Assembly (NCBI RefSeq): GCF_004010195.1
Contig: NC_057719.1
Location: 16,915,177 to 16,979,176 of the forward strand
Length of the DNA: 64,000 nucleotides
From: Chiloscyllium plagiosum
Taxonomy: Eukaryota
Reading direction: 5' to 3'
Shown here one piece after another: positions 23,766 to 36,670 of this stretch. The notes under the pieces are model-generated. The model ran no database searches. It was not told the origin of the DNA and was given only the letters and a program-made list of their open reading frames with translations. Made by a program: the position numbers and the translations under genes. The stretch's first letter is position 1; the number at the start of each line of letters is the position of its first letter.

Positions 23766-25399
23766 CAAACTGTGAAAGGTGCTGTATGAAAAAAGTATTT
23801 CAATGACAGAGTGAAAGTGTATTATTTATCTGTTCTGTGTACAGATTATATTTATTTGTGTTAAATTTTATGCAGCCACATGCTCATTTTGGACAACTTG
23901 CTCTGCCATTCCTCTTATTCCATTAACCCTTCCAAGTTGGTATCCTCAACAATTACTACCATTTTGTACACTGATTCTCAATCTTCCATTTAATTAAATG
24001 AAAAGCTGTGTTGGTATCAGAACTCGGGCATCCCACTCATTGCTGTCTTCCAACCCAGCAGCCAATGTAATTCCATTAAGAAATGCTCACAAGTTTTTAT
24101 CCTCCATCTAGTTTTTATATTCAAAACTGGACTTTGACTAATATCTGATCAGGAGGCACATTTTCCAATCATTTTTGGAGATCTAAGGATTCCCCTTTGT
24201 TCCCATTTGCTATTTCCTTAAAGAAGCTGAGAAAACTGGACAAGCAGGATTTTCCTTCTCCTGAATCCATGTTGGTTACCATACATGAGAAAAGGATTAA
24301 ATCATTCAGTCCCTCAAACTTTTGTTACCATTCGATTGGATGAAAATTCATCTGTACCTCAGCTCTATTTATCTTTTGTTCTTTCTCCTTTGAGGTCATT
24401 ATCCAACAGAAATCCATCACTCTACATTTTAAAACTTTCAATTGACTCAACGTCCACAAAAATTGGATTTTAGATTTCTTCTGTCCTGAGCGAATAAGAA
24501 CATCATGGCTTCATGCCCAAGTAACCCAGCTCAATTTTAACATTCTGCCCTGTGGTCCTGGATTCTCCCACCAGAGGGAATAATTTATTTATATATACTG
24601 TAATGGATCTTTACATCATTTTAAGAAGGTAGCAACTTGTCTCTTAATTAAACTCTAAGTCATGCTATCATTCTGGGAGTCCGATTGGAAATTTAAACTG
24701 TTTGAAAATCAGAGATTAGCTAAATTCTAATGATTTTCTAGTCCGTCTTCTTAAGTCACAATTAGATTTAAATTAGAATACTTGAGAAAGCTACAAGATT
24801 CAACAGAACATGCTGGAAATTGATACTGCCTGCATTTCTGCATTCCTATGTATGAAGTGCAACCTTCGCAAACTCAGATTTGCTAATGTATGACGATTAA
24901 TTAATCAACACATTTCAAGGAGATAAATTGATTTCACATGTATGGCTAAACAAGGTCTTATTTCCTGATTACATGATGTTCTGTGTCAATCTCATTAGGG
25001 TGGATTGCAATGTGATCCCTAGAGGTACAGCAGGCCTGTTCCAATATAATGACATACTTTTTTCATTATTTTTAACCATTTCATTGTGTTTAACGAAGTC
25101 AAAGGTCACAACTTCAGGGCACCCTGAAATACCTTTGAACAGTAGTTATCCCTTATCAAAGGAAAGATATAAGCATTGGAGGCAGGCAAAAAAGGCTCAG
25201 TAGGTTGATTCTGGATTGGGAGGGATGGTCTCATGGAGAACCTGAGTAGGTTGAATGTACTCATTGGCATTTAGAAGAAGGAATGGATACCATATTGAAG
25301 CATATAAGATTCTTAAGTGCTTGACAGATTAGATGTGGAAAGGTTGTGGGAACGTCTAGGTCAGAACCGTAAATTAGAGTAAGGGATCACCTAGTTATC

Positions 25400-28270
25400 C
25401 GGCATGCAAACAGATTCTTCGGTCCAACCCAACTATGCCGACTAGGTATCCTAAAATGATCTAATCCCATTTGCCCATATCCCTGTAAACCCTTCCAATT
25501 CATGTACCCAACCAAATGCCTTTTAAATGTTATAATTGTAACTAATTCCAGAGGCTGCTCATTCCATATACGTACCACCCTATGTGTGATAAAGTTTCCC
25601 CCAGGTCCCTTTTAAATCTTTCTTCTCTCACCTTAAACTTATCCTCCTCTAGTTTTGGACTCCCCTACCCTGGAAAACAGGCCTTGGCTATTCACCCTTA
25701 CATGTTCCTCATGATTTTATAAACCACAATAACATCATCCCTCAGCCTCCCATGCCACAGGGAAAAAAGCACCAGCCTATTCAGCCTTTCCCTGTAGCTC
25801 AAACCCTCCAATCCTTATAAATCTTTTCTGAACCATTTCAAGTTTAACAACGTCCTTCCTAAAGCAGAGAGACCAGAACTGAATGCAGTATTCTAAATGT
25901 AGCCTCACCAATGTCCTGTACAGCTGTAACACAGAGTCATCAAGATGTACAGCATGGAAACAGACCCTTCGGTCCGACCTGTCCATGCCGATCAGGTATC
26001 CCAATCAAATCTAGTCCCACCTGCCAGCACCCGGCTCATACCCCTCCAAACCCTTCCTATTCATGTACCCATCCAAATGCCTCTTAAATGTTGCAATTGT
26101 ACCAGCCTCCACTACATCCTCTGGCAGCTCATTCCATACACGTACCACCCTCTGCGTGAAAAAGTTGCCCCTTAGGTCTCTTTTATATCTTTCCCCTCTC
26201 ACCCTAGACCTATGCCGTCTAGTTCTGGACTCCCCGACCCCAGGGAAAAGACTTTGTCTATTTATCCTATCCATATAGAACATAGAATAGGCCCTTCAGC
26301 ACAGCACAGAACAGGCCCTTCAGCCCACGATGTTGTGCCGACCACTGATCCTCATGTATGCACCCTCAAATTTCTGTGACCATATGCATGTCCAGTAGTC
26401 TCTTAAATGTCCCCAATGACCATGCTTCCACAACTGCTGCTGGCATCGCATTCCATGCTCTCACAACTCTGTGTAAAGAACCCGCCTCTGACATCCCTCT
26501 ATACTTTCCTCCAACCAGCATAAAACTATGACCCCTCATATTAGTCATTTCTGCCCTGGGAAATAGTCTCTGGCTATCGACTCTATTTATGCCTCTCATT
26601 ATCTTGTATACCTCAATTAGGTCCCCTCTCCTCCTCCTTTTCTCCAATGAAAAAAGTCCGAGCTCAGTCAACCTCTCTTCATAAGATAAGCCCTCCAGTC
26701 CAGGCAGCATCCTGGTAAACCTCCTCTGAACCCTCTCCAAAGCATCCACATCTTTCCTATAACAGGGCGACCAGAACTGGACGCAGTATTCCAAGTGCAG
26801 TCTAACCAAAGTTTTATANNNNNNNNNNNNNNNNNNNNNNNNNNNNNNNNNNNNNNNNNNNNNNNNNNNNNNNNNNNNNNNNNNNNNNNNNNNNNNNNNN
26901 NNNNNNNNNNNNNNNNNNNNNNNNNNNNNNNNNNNNNNNNNNNNNNNNNNNNNNNNNNNNNNNNNNNNNNNNNNNNNNNNNNNNNNNNNNNNNNNNNNNN
27001 NNNNNNNNNNNNNNNNNNNNNNNNNNNNNNNNNNNNNNNNNNNNNNNNNNNNNNNNNNNNNNNNNNNNNNNNNNNNNNNNNNNNNNNNNNNNNNNNNNNN
27101 NNNNNNNNNNNNNNNNNNNNNNNNNNNNNNNNNNNNNNNNNNNNNNNNNNNNNNNNNNNNNNNNNNNNNNNNNNNNNNNNNNNNNNNNNNNNNNNNNNNN
27201 NNNNNNNNNNNNNNNNNNNNNNNNNNNNNNNNNNNNNNNNNNNNNNNNNNNNNNNNNNNNNNNNNNNNNNNNNNNNNNNNNNNNNNNNNNNNNNNNNNNN
27301 NNNNNNNNNNNNNNNNNNNNNNNNNNNNNNNNNNNNNNNNNNNNNNNNNNNNNNNNNNNNNNNNNNNNNNNNNNNNNNNNNNNNNNNNNNNNNNNNNNNN
27401 NNNNNNNNNNNNNNNNNNNNNNNNNNNNNNNNNNNNNNNNNNNNNNNNNNNNNNNNNNNNNNNNNNNNNCTCATCCAAGTCATTAATAAAAACTACAAAC
27501 AGTAGAGGCCCAAGGACTGAGCCTGTGGAACACCACTCACCACAGACTTCCAGGCAGAATACTTTCCTTCTACTACCACTCGCTGTCTTCTGTTGGCCAG
27601 CCAATTCTGTATCCAGACAGCTAAGTTCCCCTGTATCCCATTCCTCCTAACCTTCTGAATGAGCCTACCATGGGGAACCTTATCAAATGTAACCTTATTT
27701 GCATTTCATCTTCGATAAATCTTTAAGTACTAGCATGCGCCTCATAATTTTCTAAACCTCTATAAGGTCACCCCCTCCGCCTCCGCGCTCCAGGGGAAAA
27801 CAGCCCCAGCCTGTTCAGCCTCTCCCTATAGCTTAGATCCTCCAACCCTGGCAACATCCTTGTAAATCTTTTCTGAACCCTTTCAAGTTTCACAACATCT
27901 TTCCAATAGCAAGGAGACCAGAATTGCACGCAATATTCCAACAGTATGATGTCCAAACTCCTAAACGCAGTGCACTTATCAATGAACGTAAACATCCAAA
28001 CACATTTTTCACCACTGTGTCTACATGTGACTCCACTTCCAAGGAAATATGAACCTGCACCCACTAGATCTCTTTTTTTGGCAACATTCAACCAGGCTGT
28101 ACCATTAACTTTGTAAGTTCTGCTCTGATATGCCTTATCAAAATGCAAAACTCCACATTTATCTAAATTAAATTCCATCGGCCCATCTGACCAAGGTATT
28201 GTTGTAATCTGAGATATTGAGATATTTCAGTGTCCGTCATGTCACCAATTTTGGTGTCATCTGAAAACTT
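25400..28270 (-). mobile_element. Stack of three CR1 copies (about 25400-25930; 25932-26275 resuming near 27735-28270; 26276-27690 inserted in the second), spanning an assembly gap
   Basis: Three separate CR1 3' ends on the minus strand (about 25410, 25935, 26278); ORFs 26011-26283, 26366-27604 and 27768-28178 have CR1 motifs. Confidence 0.85.
26819..27469. other. Assembly gap (N run) inside a CR1
   Basis: Directly visible. Confidence 1.
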
Positions 28271-28279
28271 GAATGGTGG

Positions 28280-28900
28280 AGCTCACTCAATGTTCTAAAT
28301 GTAAAGGACAGAGTGGGGCCCACAAGGAACAAGCAGGGTAAGCTTTTCACTGAAGCAAAAGGTATGGCAGAGGTACTAAGTGAGTACTTTGCTTCTGTCT
28401 TTACCAAATTAGAAATTGGTGACAATGGCCCAGTAAATATGAGCAACTGAGCTGTATGGTTATGGATAAAAAGGGATGCTAAAAAGGCTAGCACGACTCA
28501 AGGTGAAGAAGTTGCCAGACACAGATGGATCCCATCTAGATTGCTGAGAGAAGTTAAGGACCAAGTTGCAAAGCCATTGACAGAGATTTTCCAGGCCTGT
28601 CTGAACACAGGATTAATCACAGAGGACTGGAAGATTGCAAATGGGCAAAGAGTATTCCAGGAAACTACAGACCTGTCAGCTTGATGTCAATAGTGGGAAA
28701 GCTGATGGAGGCCATTTACATGATACACTTAAAGAAAAATAAGTTAATATTCAACAGTCAACATCCTTTCTCAAGGGAAAGACTGTTTGACAAATTTGGT
28801 TGAGTTCTTTGACAAGGTGACACAGACGGTGTTTGAGGGAAATGCAGTGAATGCAATATATTTGGACTTTCTGAAAGCATTTGATACTTAGTTATTCCTT
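28280..28900 (+). mobile_element. Old CR1 ORF2 fragment (pre-RT / RT N-terminus)
   Basis: gaggactggaagattgcaaat (EDWKIAN), ccaggaaactacagacctgtcagcttg (PGNYRPVSL), ttggacttt..aaagcatttgat (LDF.KAFD). Confidence 0.8.
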
Positions 28901-30302
28901 CTTGAAACAATATTGTCAGTACATAAGCTAAGTGAAAATAGAAAATGCCAGAAATGCCCTGTAAATTGGTTAGCTTTTGCAAGATAAAGAAGGGCAAATA
29001 TTTGGTTGGAATGTTATGATCTCCGCTAATGTTATTACTTACAAATCAGATCCCAGAATAAAATCTGGATTGATAAATCAGATTTTTTTTTATTATTATG
29101 GTGGTCTTTTGCTGAAATATAAACACACAAGGCTACAGATTTGTTTTAACAATAAACTTCTGCTTTTTTACACAAAAGAAAAACAAATGAAAATAGACAA
29201 AGCCAAGCTATCTAAATATAACATATTTTGGATATTTCAAAACACACGGCAAAATATCTAATCCCCAAAACTAGTTCTTTACAGTTCCTCAAAACAATTT
29301 CTCCATTACATCTGTAGATTTTGATTTTAACTTTTTTTCTCAGTTCTTGCCCTGTGAGCACTTTTCCCTGGAATATTCGCACAACTAAGATCTCGGGCCT
29401 TTGCAGTCTTCCAATGAGCTACAGAGTTCTAACCAAACACTGCTGGTCTGGAAATTTCACAAACCAATCTCTTTTGCTGAGATAATGTATTCCCTACCTG
29501 CTCTGAACAATCATTTTTCTAGAAGAAACAATACTTTCATCTGATTCCAGTCAAGATATTTTCAAACTACCGAAAATCTTTCCAAGATCCAGATTTTTCT
29601 AATTAAAAATAACAGTTTGATTATTCTAAATAAAAGCGAGCTAATTTCTTTCTGTGTTTTCTCTATCCTATCATATACCCCATCAATGAACTTTCTTGAT
29701 CACTCCAAGAGGCCTTGTAGTGACATGCTCCCTGACACATACTGTTTTAAAATCTTTTTTCTTCACAAAAATAGAGCAACACTCAAATACCACTAGTTCC
29801 AAATCCAAACTTTTCAAAATGATATATTAACATAAAAATCGCAGACCTATCATCTCTGGACACCTTTGGATTTATAAGTGACTCAGTAAAAGTGGGTTTA
29901 CAAGTTTATATAACATCCTTTTTTAAAAAAGCAAATGAAACAGTTCAGAATTTGTGTCCTAAAAATACTATTCGCCTGAAGCTGATAATACGGTGATGGA
30001 GGAGAAAATCTGAGAGGAGGTCAGCACAAAGTAGCCTGAGAATATGCTTGTAGCCATTAACATGCAGCTCAGAAATATGAGCTTGCCTGTCTTGTCAGGT
30101 GGGCAACTGAGTGTTCATTGAAGCACACAGAAGGAAGTGGGGAGAAACATTTAAAGAACAAAGCAGGGGATCAAAGAGTGTAAACTGCTGCTTTCTTTTC
30201 AAATTGTAATTGGCTGAAGTTACCTCTGTACTGAAATCAGGCCCGAGGGTCTTTGAAATATCAAATTTTGAATGCACTTAATTATAATCTATGTAATTAC
30301 AG

Positions 30303-30463
30303 ATGAATTGAAAGAACATCTTGTGGGAGAACATGCAATCGATAAGATCTTTACCTTGGGAAACTCTGATTTCCCTGTAAGCTGGGATAATGAAATCAAA
30401 CTGTGGACCTTCCTTGAAACTAGAGCTGCACTCCTCTTAAAAACATATAAAACTACTACTGAG
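30303..30463 (+). CDS. SETD3: SETD3 coding exon (161 nt; DELKEHLVGEHAIDKIFTLGNSDFPVSWDNEIKLWTFLETRAALLLKTYKTTTE)
   Basis: Rubisco-LSMT substrate-binding-like domain; ttacag acceptor, GAG|gtaagg donor; phase 1 to 0; within ORF 30272-30532. Confidence 0.97.
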
Positions 30464-31290
30464 GTAAGGTCTCTATGTCTTATTTTGTTAAGTTTAAAAA
30501 TATTTAGAATAGAGAACTTGCAAGTGACCTAGACAGCCTTAGTGATTTTAATTTGGTATTTAGCCTAGCATGTATAAACAGAAACTCAGAAATGTATCTT
30601 ATCAGATTTATTGATTTTTTTTCCAAAAAGGATGGACTCTATATGAAGCTGAATAGAAATAGAATTATAAAATGACACTGATGGTAAAGCCTTTAAAAGA
30701 GGCTTGTATTGTGAATGAAAAGTGCAAAAGGGCATTGTCAGGAGCAGCAATAGGAAAGCCTAAAAATCCTTGTGAAGCTAAAGAACAGGACTGCCTGCAA
30801 GTGTTGACAGAGCTAAGCAATTCCACACCCAGGGGATTAGATCAAAGCTCTGCAGTCCTGCCACATCTTATTGTGATTGGCAGTGGACAACTAAATAACT
30901 CACTGGTGGAGGAACCTCAACAAAAATCTCTGCTCTCAATAATGGGGGAGCCTTGCACAGTAGTGCAAAAGTGAGGCTGAAGCATTGCAACAACATGGAG
31001 TGTTTTGTGGATGATCCATTTCGGCATCCTCCCGGACGTCCCCAGCATCCCAGATGCCAGTCTTCAGTCAATTTGATTCACTCCAGGTGATGTCAAGAAG
31101 TGGCTGGATTCACTGGATACTGCAACGGTAGTGATTCTAACACTGATAACGTTCCTGAAATAGTGCAGATGTTTTCTGCTTCGGAACATAACATTCCTTG
31201 ATCCAAGCTGTTCCCATACAGTGACAAAACTGGCATCTACTTCACAAGGTGGAAACTTGCCCAGATATGTGCTGTACATAAAAAGCAGGA

Positions 31291-32295
31291 TTTTTTTTTT
31301 ACTTATTCACTCATGGGCATGGGTGCTGCTGGCTAGCTGGCATTTATTGCCTGCCTTTGAGAAGCTGTTGGTGAGTTGCTTTCTTGAATCACTGCAATCC
31401 CAATGCTGACCCACAATGCCTTTGCCTTTGGTAGGGAGTTCCAGGATTTGATTCAGCAACAATGAAGGAATGGCGATGTATTCCCAAGTCAGGATGGTGA
31501 GTGACTTAGAGGGGAACTCGCAAGTGGTGGTGTCCTATGTATCTGCTGCTCTTGTCATTCTAGACGGAAGTGGTCGTGGGTTTAGACAGTGCTGTCAAAG
31601 GATCTTTGGTAAATTTCTGCAGTGCATCTCATAGATACAAACAATATTGCTACTGATTGTCGGTGGAGAAGAAAGTGGATCCTCGTGGATGTGGTGCCAA
31701 TCCAGTGGGCTGCTTTGTCCTGGATGGAGTTAAGTTTCTTGAGTGTTGATGGACCTGTGCCCAACCAGGCAAGTGGGAGTACTCCATCACACTCTGCCTT
31801 GTAAGTGGTGGACAGACTTTGGGAGGTGTGTTACTCACCACAGTATTCCTAGCCTCTGACCTGCTCATGTAGCCATGGTGTTTATGTGGCAAGTCCAGTT
31901 GAGTTTCTGGTCAATTCGCAAGGTAGTGATGGTAACATTATTCAATGTCAAGGGAAGGTGGTTCGATTGTCTCTCATTGGAGATGGTCATTACCTGTCAT
32001 TAATGTGGTTACCTCCCACTTGTCAGCCCAAGTTCAGATCTTGTTGCATTTGAACAACTACTTCTACAGTATCTGATAAGTTGCAAATGGTGCTGAACAT
32101 TGTACAATCATCAGCGAACATCCCCACTTTTGACCTCAATGGAGGGAAGGTCATTGATGAAGCAGCTGAAGGTGGTTAGCCCTAGGACACTACTCTGAGG
32201 GACTCCTGCAGAGATGCCCTGGAGCTGAGATGACTGATCTCCCAATCAAAACCATCTTCCCATGTGCCAAACATGATTCCAATCAGCGGAGAGTG
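31291..32295 (-). mobile_element. LINE family B 3' portion, antisense, with poly(A) tail
   Basis: Poly-T at 31291-31300; ORF 31582-31764 LKKLNSIQDKAAHWIG. Confidence 0.78.
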
Positions 32296-32319
32296 TAATT
32301 TCAATAATATCTAACCCAG

Positions 32320-32593
32320 CCAATTACTGCCCCATCTGCAGAGACTAGGACCTGAGGGACGACCTTTTAGAATGAAGATAAGAAAGTTTTTCAGCCAGAG
32401 AGTGGTGAATCTATGGAATTCATTGCCACAGAAGGTTGTGGACGCCAGGTCATTCAGTATGTTTACGACTGAGATAGATAGGTTCCTAGGGGTCAAGGGT
32501 TATGGGGAGAAAGCGGGAGAACAGGGTTGAGAAACTTAATAGCTGTGATGGGCTGAATGGCCTAACTGCTGCTCCTATGTCTTATGGTCTTAT
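32320..32593 (+). mobile_element. CR1 3' fragment
   Basis: FSQRVVNLWNSLP coding and tail ctcctatgtcttatggtcttat. Confidence 0.8.
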
Positions 32594-34246
32594 CGGCCTA
32601 CCCTTGACCATCAGACAAGTGATGTAAGATTTGTCAACAGTGCTCTTCTGCTCAGTTTGTGTTCCGCCGGGATCACTTAGCTCCTGACTTCACTAAGCAC
32701 TAATTCAAACATGGACAAAAGAGCTGAATTCCAAAGGTGAGGTGAGAGTGACTGCCCTTCACTTCAAGGCTACATTTAACTGAGTGTGGTGTTAAGGAGT
32801 CCTAAGAAAATTGTTGATGGTATTCATGGAAAATTTTCATATGTTGAAGTCATTCCTGGCATGTAGGAAGGTGGTTGTGGTTGTTGGAGGTCAGTCATCT
32901 TAGCTTCAGGACATCTCTGCAGGGGCTCCTCAGGGTAGTGTCCTTGGCCAAACCCTCTTCAGCTGCTTCATCAATGAGCTTCCCTCATCATTAGGTCAGA
33001 AATGGAAATTTTCTTCAATGACTGCACAATGTTCAGCATCATTTGCAACTCTTCAGATACTTGAGCAGTCCATGCCAAAATGCCACAAAAGTGCCAGGCG
33101 ATGAACATCAACAAAAGAGAATCTTGACATTCAATGGCACCACTATTACTGAGTTTCCACTATCAATATCATGGGGGTTACCATCGACCAGAAACTAAAC
33201 CACTCTGGCCATTTAAGTATTATGCCGACAAGAGCAGGTCACAGGTTAGGAACACTGCAGCAAACTACCCACCTCCTGATTCCCCAAAGCATGTCCACCA
33301 TATTCAAGACTCAAGTCAAGAGTTTGATGGAATGCCCTCACTTGCCTGGATTTGTGCAGCTCCAACAACACTCAAGAAGCTTGACCCTATGCAGGACAAA
33401 ACAGCCCCATGATTGACACCACACACACAAACTTTCACTCCCTCAATCATGGTGCAGCAGTGTGCACTACCTATAAGGCAGATTGCAGAAATTCATTAAA
33501 GCTCCTTAGACAGTCTGTTCTAAACTCACAATGACTGCTATCCAGAAGGATAAAGGCAGCAGCTACATTGGAACACCACCACTTGCAAGTTCCCCTCCGC
33601 GTCACACACCATTCTGACTTGAAAATCTATCGCCATTCTTTCAGTGTCGCTGGGTCAAAATCCTGAAACTTCCTTCTCAATGGCTGACCAAAAGCAAATG
33701 GATTGCAAAAGTTTAATAAGGTAACTCCTCACAGCTTTCCCAAGGCCAGCTAGGGATTGGAAGTAATTGCTCTCCCAGCCAGCAACATCTGTATCCCGTG
33801 AATGAATTTTAAAAAATTAATCCCACTCCCTTGCACATTTCCCACAGTACTGCAAGTTTTCCAATCAAGTATTAATTCCCCTTTGAAAATTACTGATGAA
33901 TCTGCTTCCACCAACCACCCTTTTCCTTAAACCTCTCTCCCTCTCTGTCCTGTTAATGAGTCATACTTGTTAAGCAAGCTTTAGTCCTTTTTCTTAATGT
34001 GTGGCTCAGTATCAAATTTTGTTTGATTATCAATCCAGTGAAACACTTTGGAACTTTTTGCAACTTTAAAGGTACCCTATGAACGCACACTCATATTTAA
34101 ACTCTTCCTTAAGATAAATTGCTTTTTAACCGTTTTTACTCTGAGAAGAACATCTTTTCTGGTCACTATGTAACCAAATGTCTGAATCTTGTACACATTA
34201 AGTCAACATTCTCCACTTCCTTTTCTCTCCCAACCTCTGCTTTTAG

Positions 34247-34720
34247 GATGATAGATCACTGCTTGAAACGCCAGAACTGTCCTACCACATCAAGATGGCC
34301 ATCCAACTCCGCACAGCAGAGAAGGAAATCTTGGAAAAAGCCGTGCAAAGTGCTGCCACAAAAAGAGAGCACTTTACAGAACTCCTGGACAAAGGTGCAC
34401 CACTTCCCAAATATGAGGAAAGTAACATTGCCATGCTAGAGAACACTGCCACAGACTCCAAAATTCCAATGGTGCTGAGAAATTTAAACATTGACGATGA
34501 AGGAGAGCAGGACTTGAATTTAACAGAAGCCCTGGGGGAGGCGATTGTAGAAGAGGGAAGCATTGTGAATGGAGAGAGCACTTTTCCCATTGATACTAAT
34601 CCCAAAGGTCATGAAAACCCTGAACAAGAAGACCATGCCAAAGAGACTGGAGATGCCATCAAGACTATATCAGAAAAGAATGAGCACATTAAAACAGAAG
34701 AAATTGGAGAACAATCATGA
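34247..34720 (+). CDS. SETD3: SETD3 last coding exon (DDRSLLETPELSYHIKMAIQLRTAEKEILEKAV...EEIGEQS*)
   Basis: Long pyrimidine tract then ttttag acceptor, in frame with ORF 34295-34720; MAI.LR..EKEILEKAV and APLPKYEESN match recalled SETD3; TGA at 34718-34720. Confidence 0.96.
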   Translation, partial: DDRSLLETPELSYHIKMAIQLRTAEKEILEKAVQSAATKREHFTELLDKGAPLPKYEESNIAMLENTATDSKIPMVLRNLNIDDEGEQDLNLTEALGEAIVEEGSIVNGESTFPIDTNPKGHENPEQEDHAKETGDAIKTISEKNEHIKTEEIGEQS

Positions 34721-36032
34721 AATATATTGAAAACAGATACTTGTCTTTAGTTGAAGTGGAAATGGGAACTCTGAACATTTCTGTAGCTGAAAGTGCAGCA
34801 CATTTGATCATGTTCTTTTAAGGTGAGACAAGTTGTAGCTGAAGTGGTCTTGTCAAGGGAGCTTACTTTCTGTTAAAATTTCAGTTTGTTTAAAATAAGT
34901 GGTCTTAAAGTAGCTTCCAGCTTAAATTTACCTAGTCTCGTTGTTGGATTTGGATACTGGGAAAACTGTCAGCCAGTTTAAATGAAATTTTCAGCACCAA
35001 AAGTCAGTCAATTAAGACTTGTTTTATTTAGTTCAAAATACGGAATGAAATCTAACAGTAAACAGTGGTGTAAAGTAGTTCTTCTTTATTTAATAACATG
35101 TGAATGTTGTTTGGTACGCAAATTTTGTTTTTAAAAATTTGTGCTTTTCGACACAATATTCATTTTGTTTCTACATATAAAGAATTTCCACAGGAGTGCA
35201 GACTCATATGCACTCAAACGCATCCACAGTGACCACAAACCAGTTGCCCCTTGTTGACTATTATAATCAGGTGGTTACTATTTCTAGTTTTTGTTTTTTA
35301 TTGGTGCAAAGAATATCAAGTGGTGAGTGAGTAACCAACTGGTATGTCATAGACTGAATGTCACGGTTCCATATGTCTGCTCCAGACACGTTGTAAGCAT
35401 TATACGTAACCACAAGATGGGGGTTGATGTAGAATTCTGAAGTATGACTTCCAGTGAGGCTCAACTTTCTGACTGGGCAAACTGAAGTGCCAAGCCTTTT
35501 AAAACCACAGCATAGAAACTCATAAATCCTTAGAAGCTCCAAAGTCTTTGATGTTGATTGGTTCATACATTTGGCACCAGTGTCATCTGTAAACAGTTAA
35601 GGAAATCTAGACTAATATTTTCTGTTTGAGCCTATGATAACTTAAACTGGTGTGGTCCTTAGTTCCCATGAGAATGTTAGTGCTATTTGTTTGGATCCCT
35701 CAACCAAAGACATATCCCATCTGTAAAAGTCTGTGGGCAGATGGCTACCAGAGCTGGGCTTTCTTCCACTTTGAAAAATGGGATTCTGCGATTGCTAAGG
35801 TTTAATGACCTTCATAAATTGATGATCCAGCGTAATCGTAATGAAGAGGCCTATGTCCCTTTTTTTTCCACCACATCTCTCTGCCCAAGTGATTGGTGAC
35901 GTAACCTCAAACCTAATCAAAGCCATCCATATTCTTACTTTTAGACTCAAGTTGTCACTCTGATTAAATATGGGATGAACTTATCCTATTTTGCTGGTTT
36001 AAAATGAATTAATAGTATAGTGATTATTATTA

Positions 36033-36670
36033 AATAAATTTGTTCTCTTTCACATATGGAGTAAACAGCATGGTTTGAATTAAAGTGTAGGTACACTTCA
36101 ATATTGACTCCTGACATAGATAATAATAGTTGCATCCATAAGCATTTGAAAATTTGCTAATTCCCCCGCCCCCTCTCTCTCCCCACCTCCCTCTCCAACC
36201 CCAAATTTCAACCCAACCCCTAATAACTGAAAATTGCCATCATATGGTACTGGACACAGCTTGATGTGGACCTTTTTTTTTCCCCAATTGTACTACTTCA
36301 GCTTTGAATCTGAAGTTCAGATTCAGTTAATGTTATGATTGAACTGTCTTAGAATGTTGTGGGCTGAGTAATTCTGAGCTGTTGCTTTGAATTAGTGCCC
36401 ATCCAGCTAATATAAATCCAGCTTTATAAATTCAAACCTGTTCAATTTAAGTTATAGGATAATTCAGTAATTTTTCGAGAACTAATTTCTCAACTGAGTT
36501 TGTTTTTGTAAAAATTATTGCCTAAATTCTTTTAATGCAAGAATAAACTGATATAAATGGAGTAGATTTCTAATCTGTTTTTGAAGAAAAAACACCAAAG
36601 TGAAAATTCGTGGCTCAAATCAATCCCATATAAAAGGGCAGTAGTAGATTTGATGATTTGATGCAATAAA
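36033..36670 (+). promoter_or_regulatory. Candidate SETD3 polyadenylation signals (AATAAA at 36033, 36542, 36665)
   Basis: First canonical hexamers I found after the stop, in a stretch with no recognisable repeats; which is used is unknown. Confidence 0.35.

Larger units (their letters stand above)
30600..33815 (+). mobile_element. Decayed CR1/L2-group LINE (family B), interrupted by an antisense copy and a CR1 fragment
   Basis: gctcctcagggtagtgtccttggccaa (PQGSVLG) at about 32925, GVTIDQKL, QDKTA, 3' tail at about 33800. Confidence 0.7.

Noticed and set aside
26366..27604. Long ORFs of 236-412 aa
   Set aside because: Mostly translated Ns; the flanks are CR1 sequence.
34282..34605. Antisense 107-aa ORF over the last SETD3 exon
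   Set aside because: Shadow of the sense coding frame; no recognisable homology.
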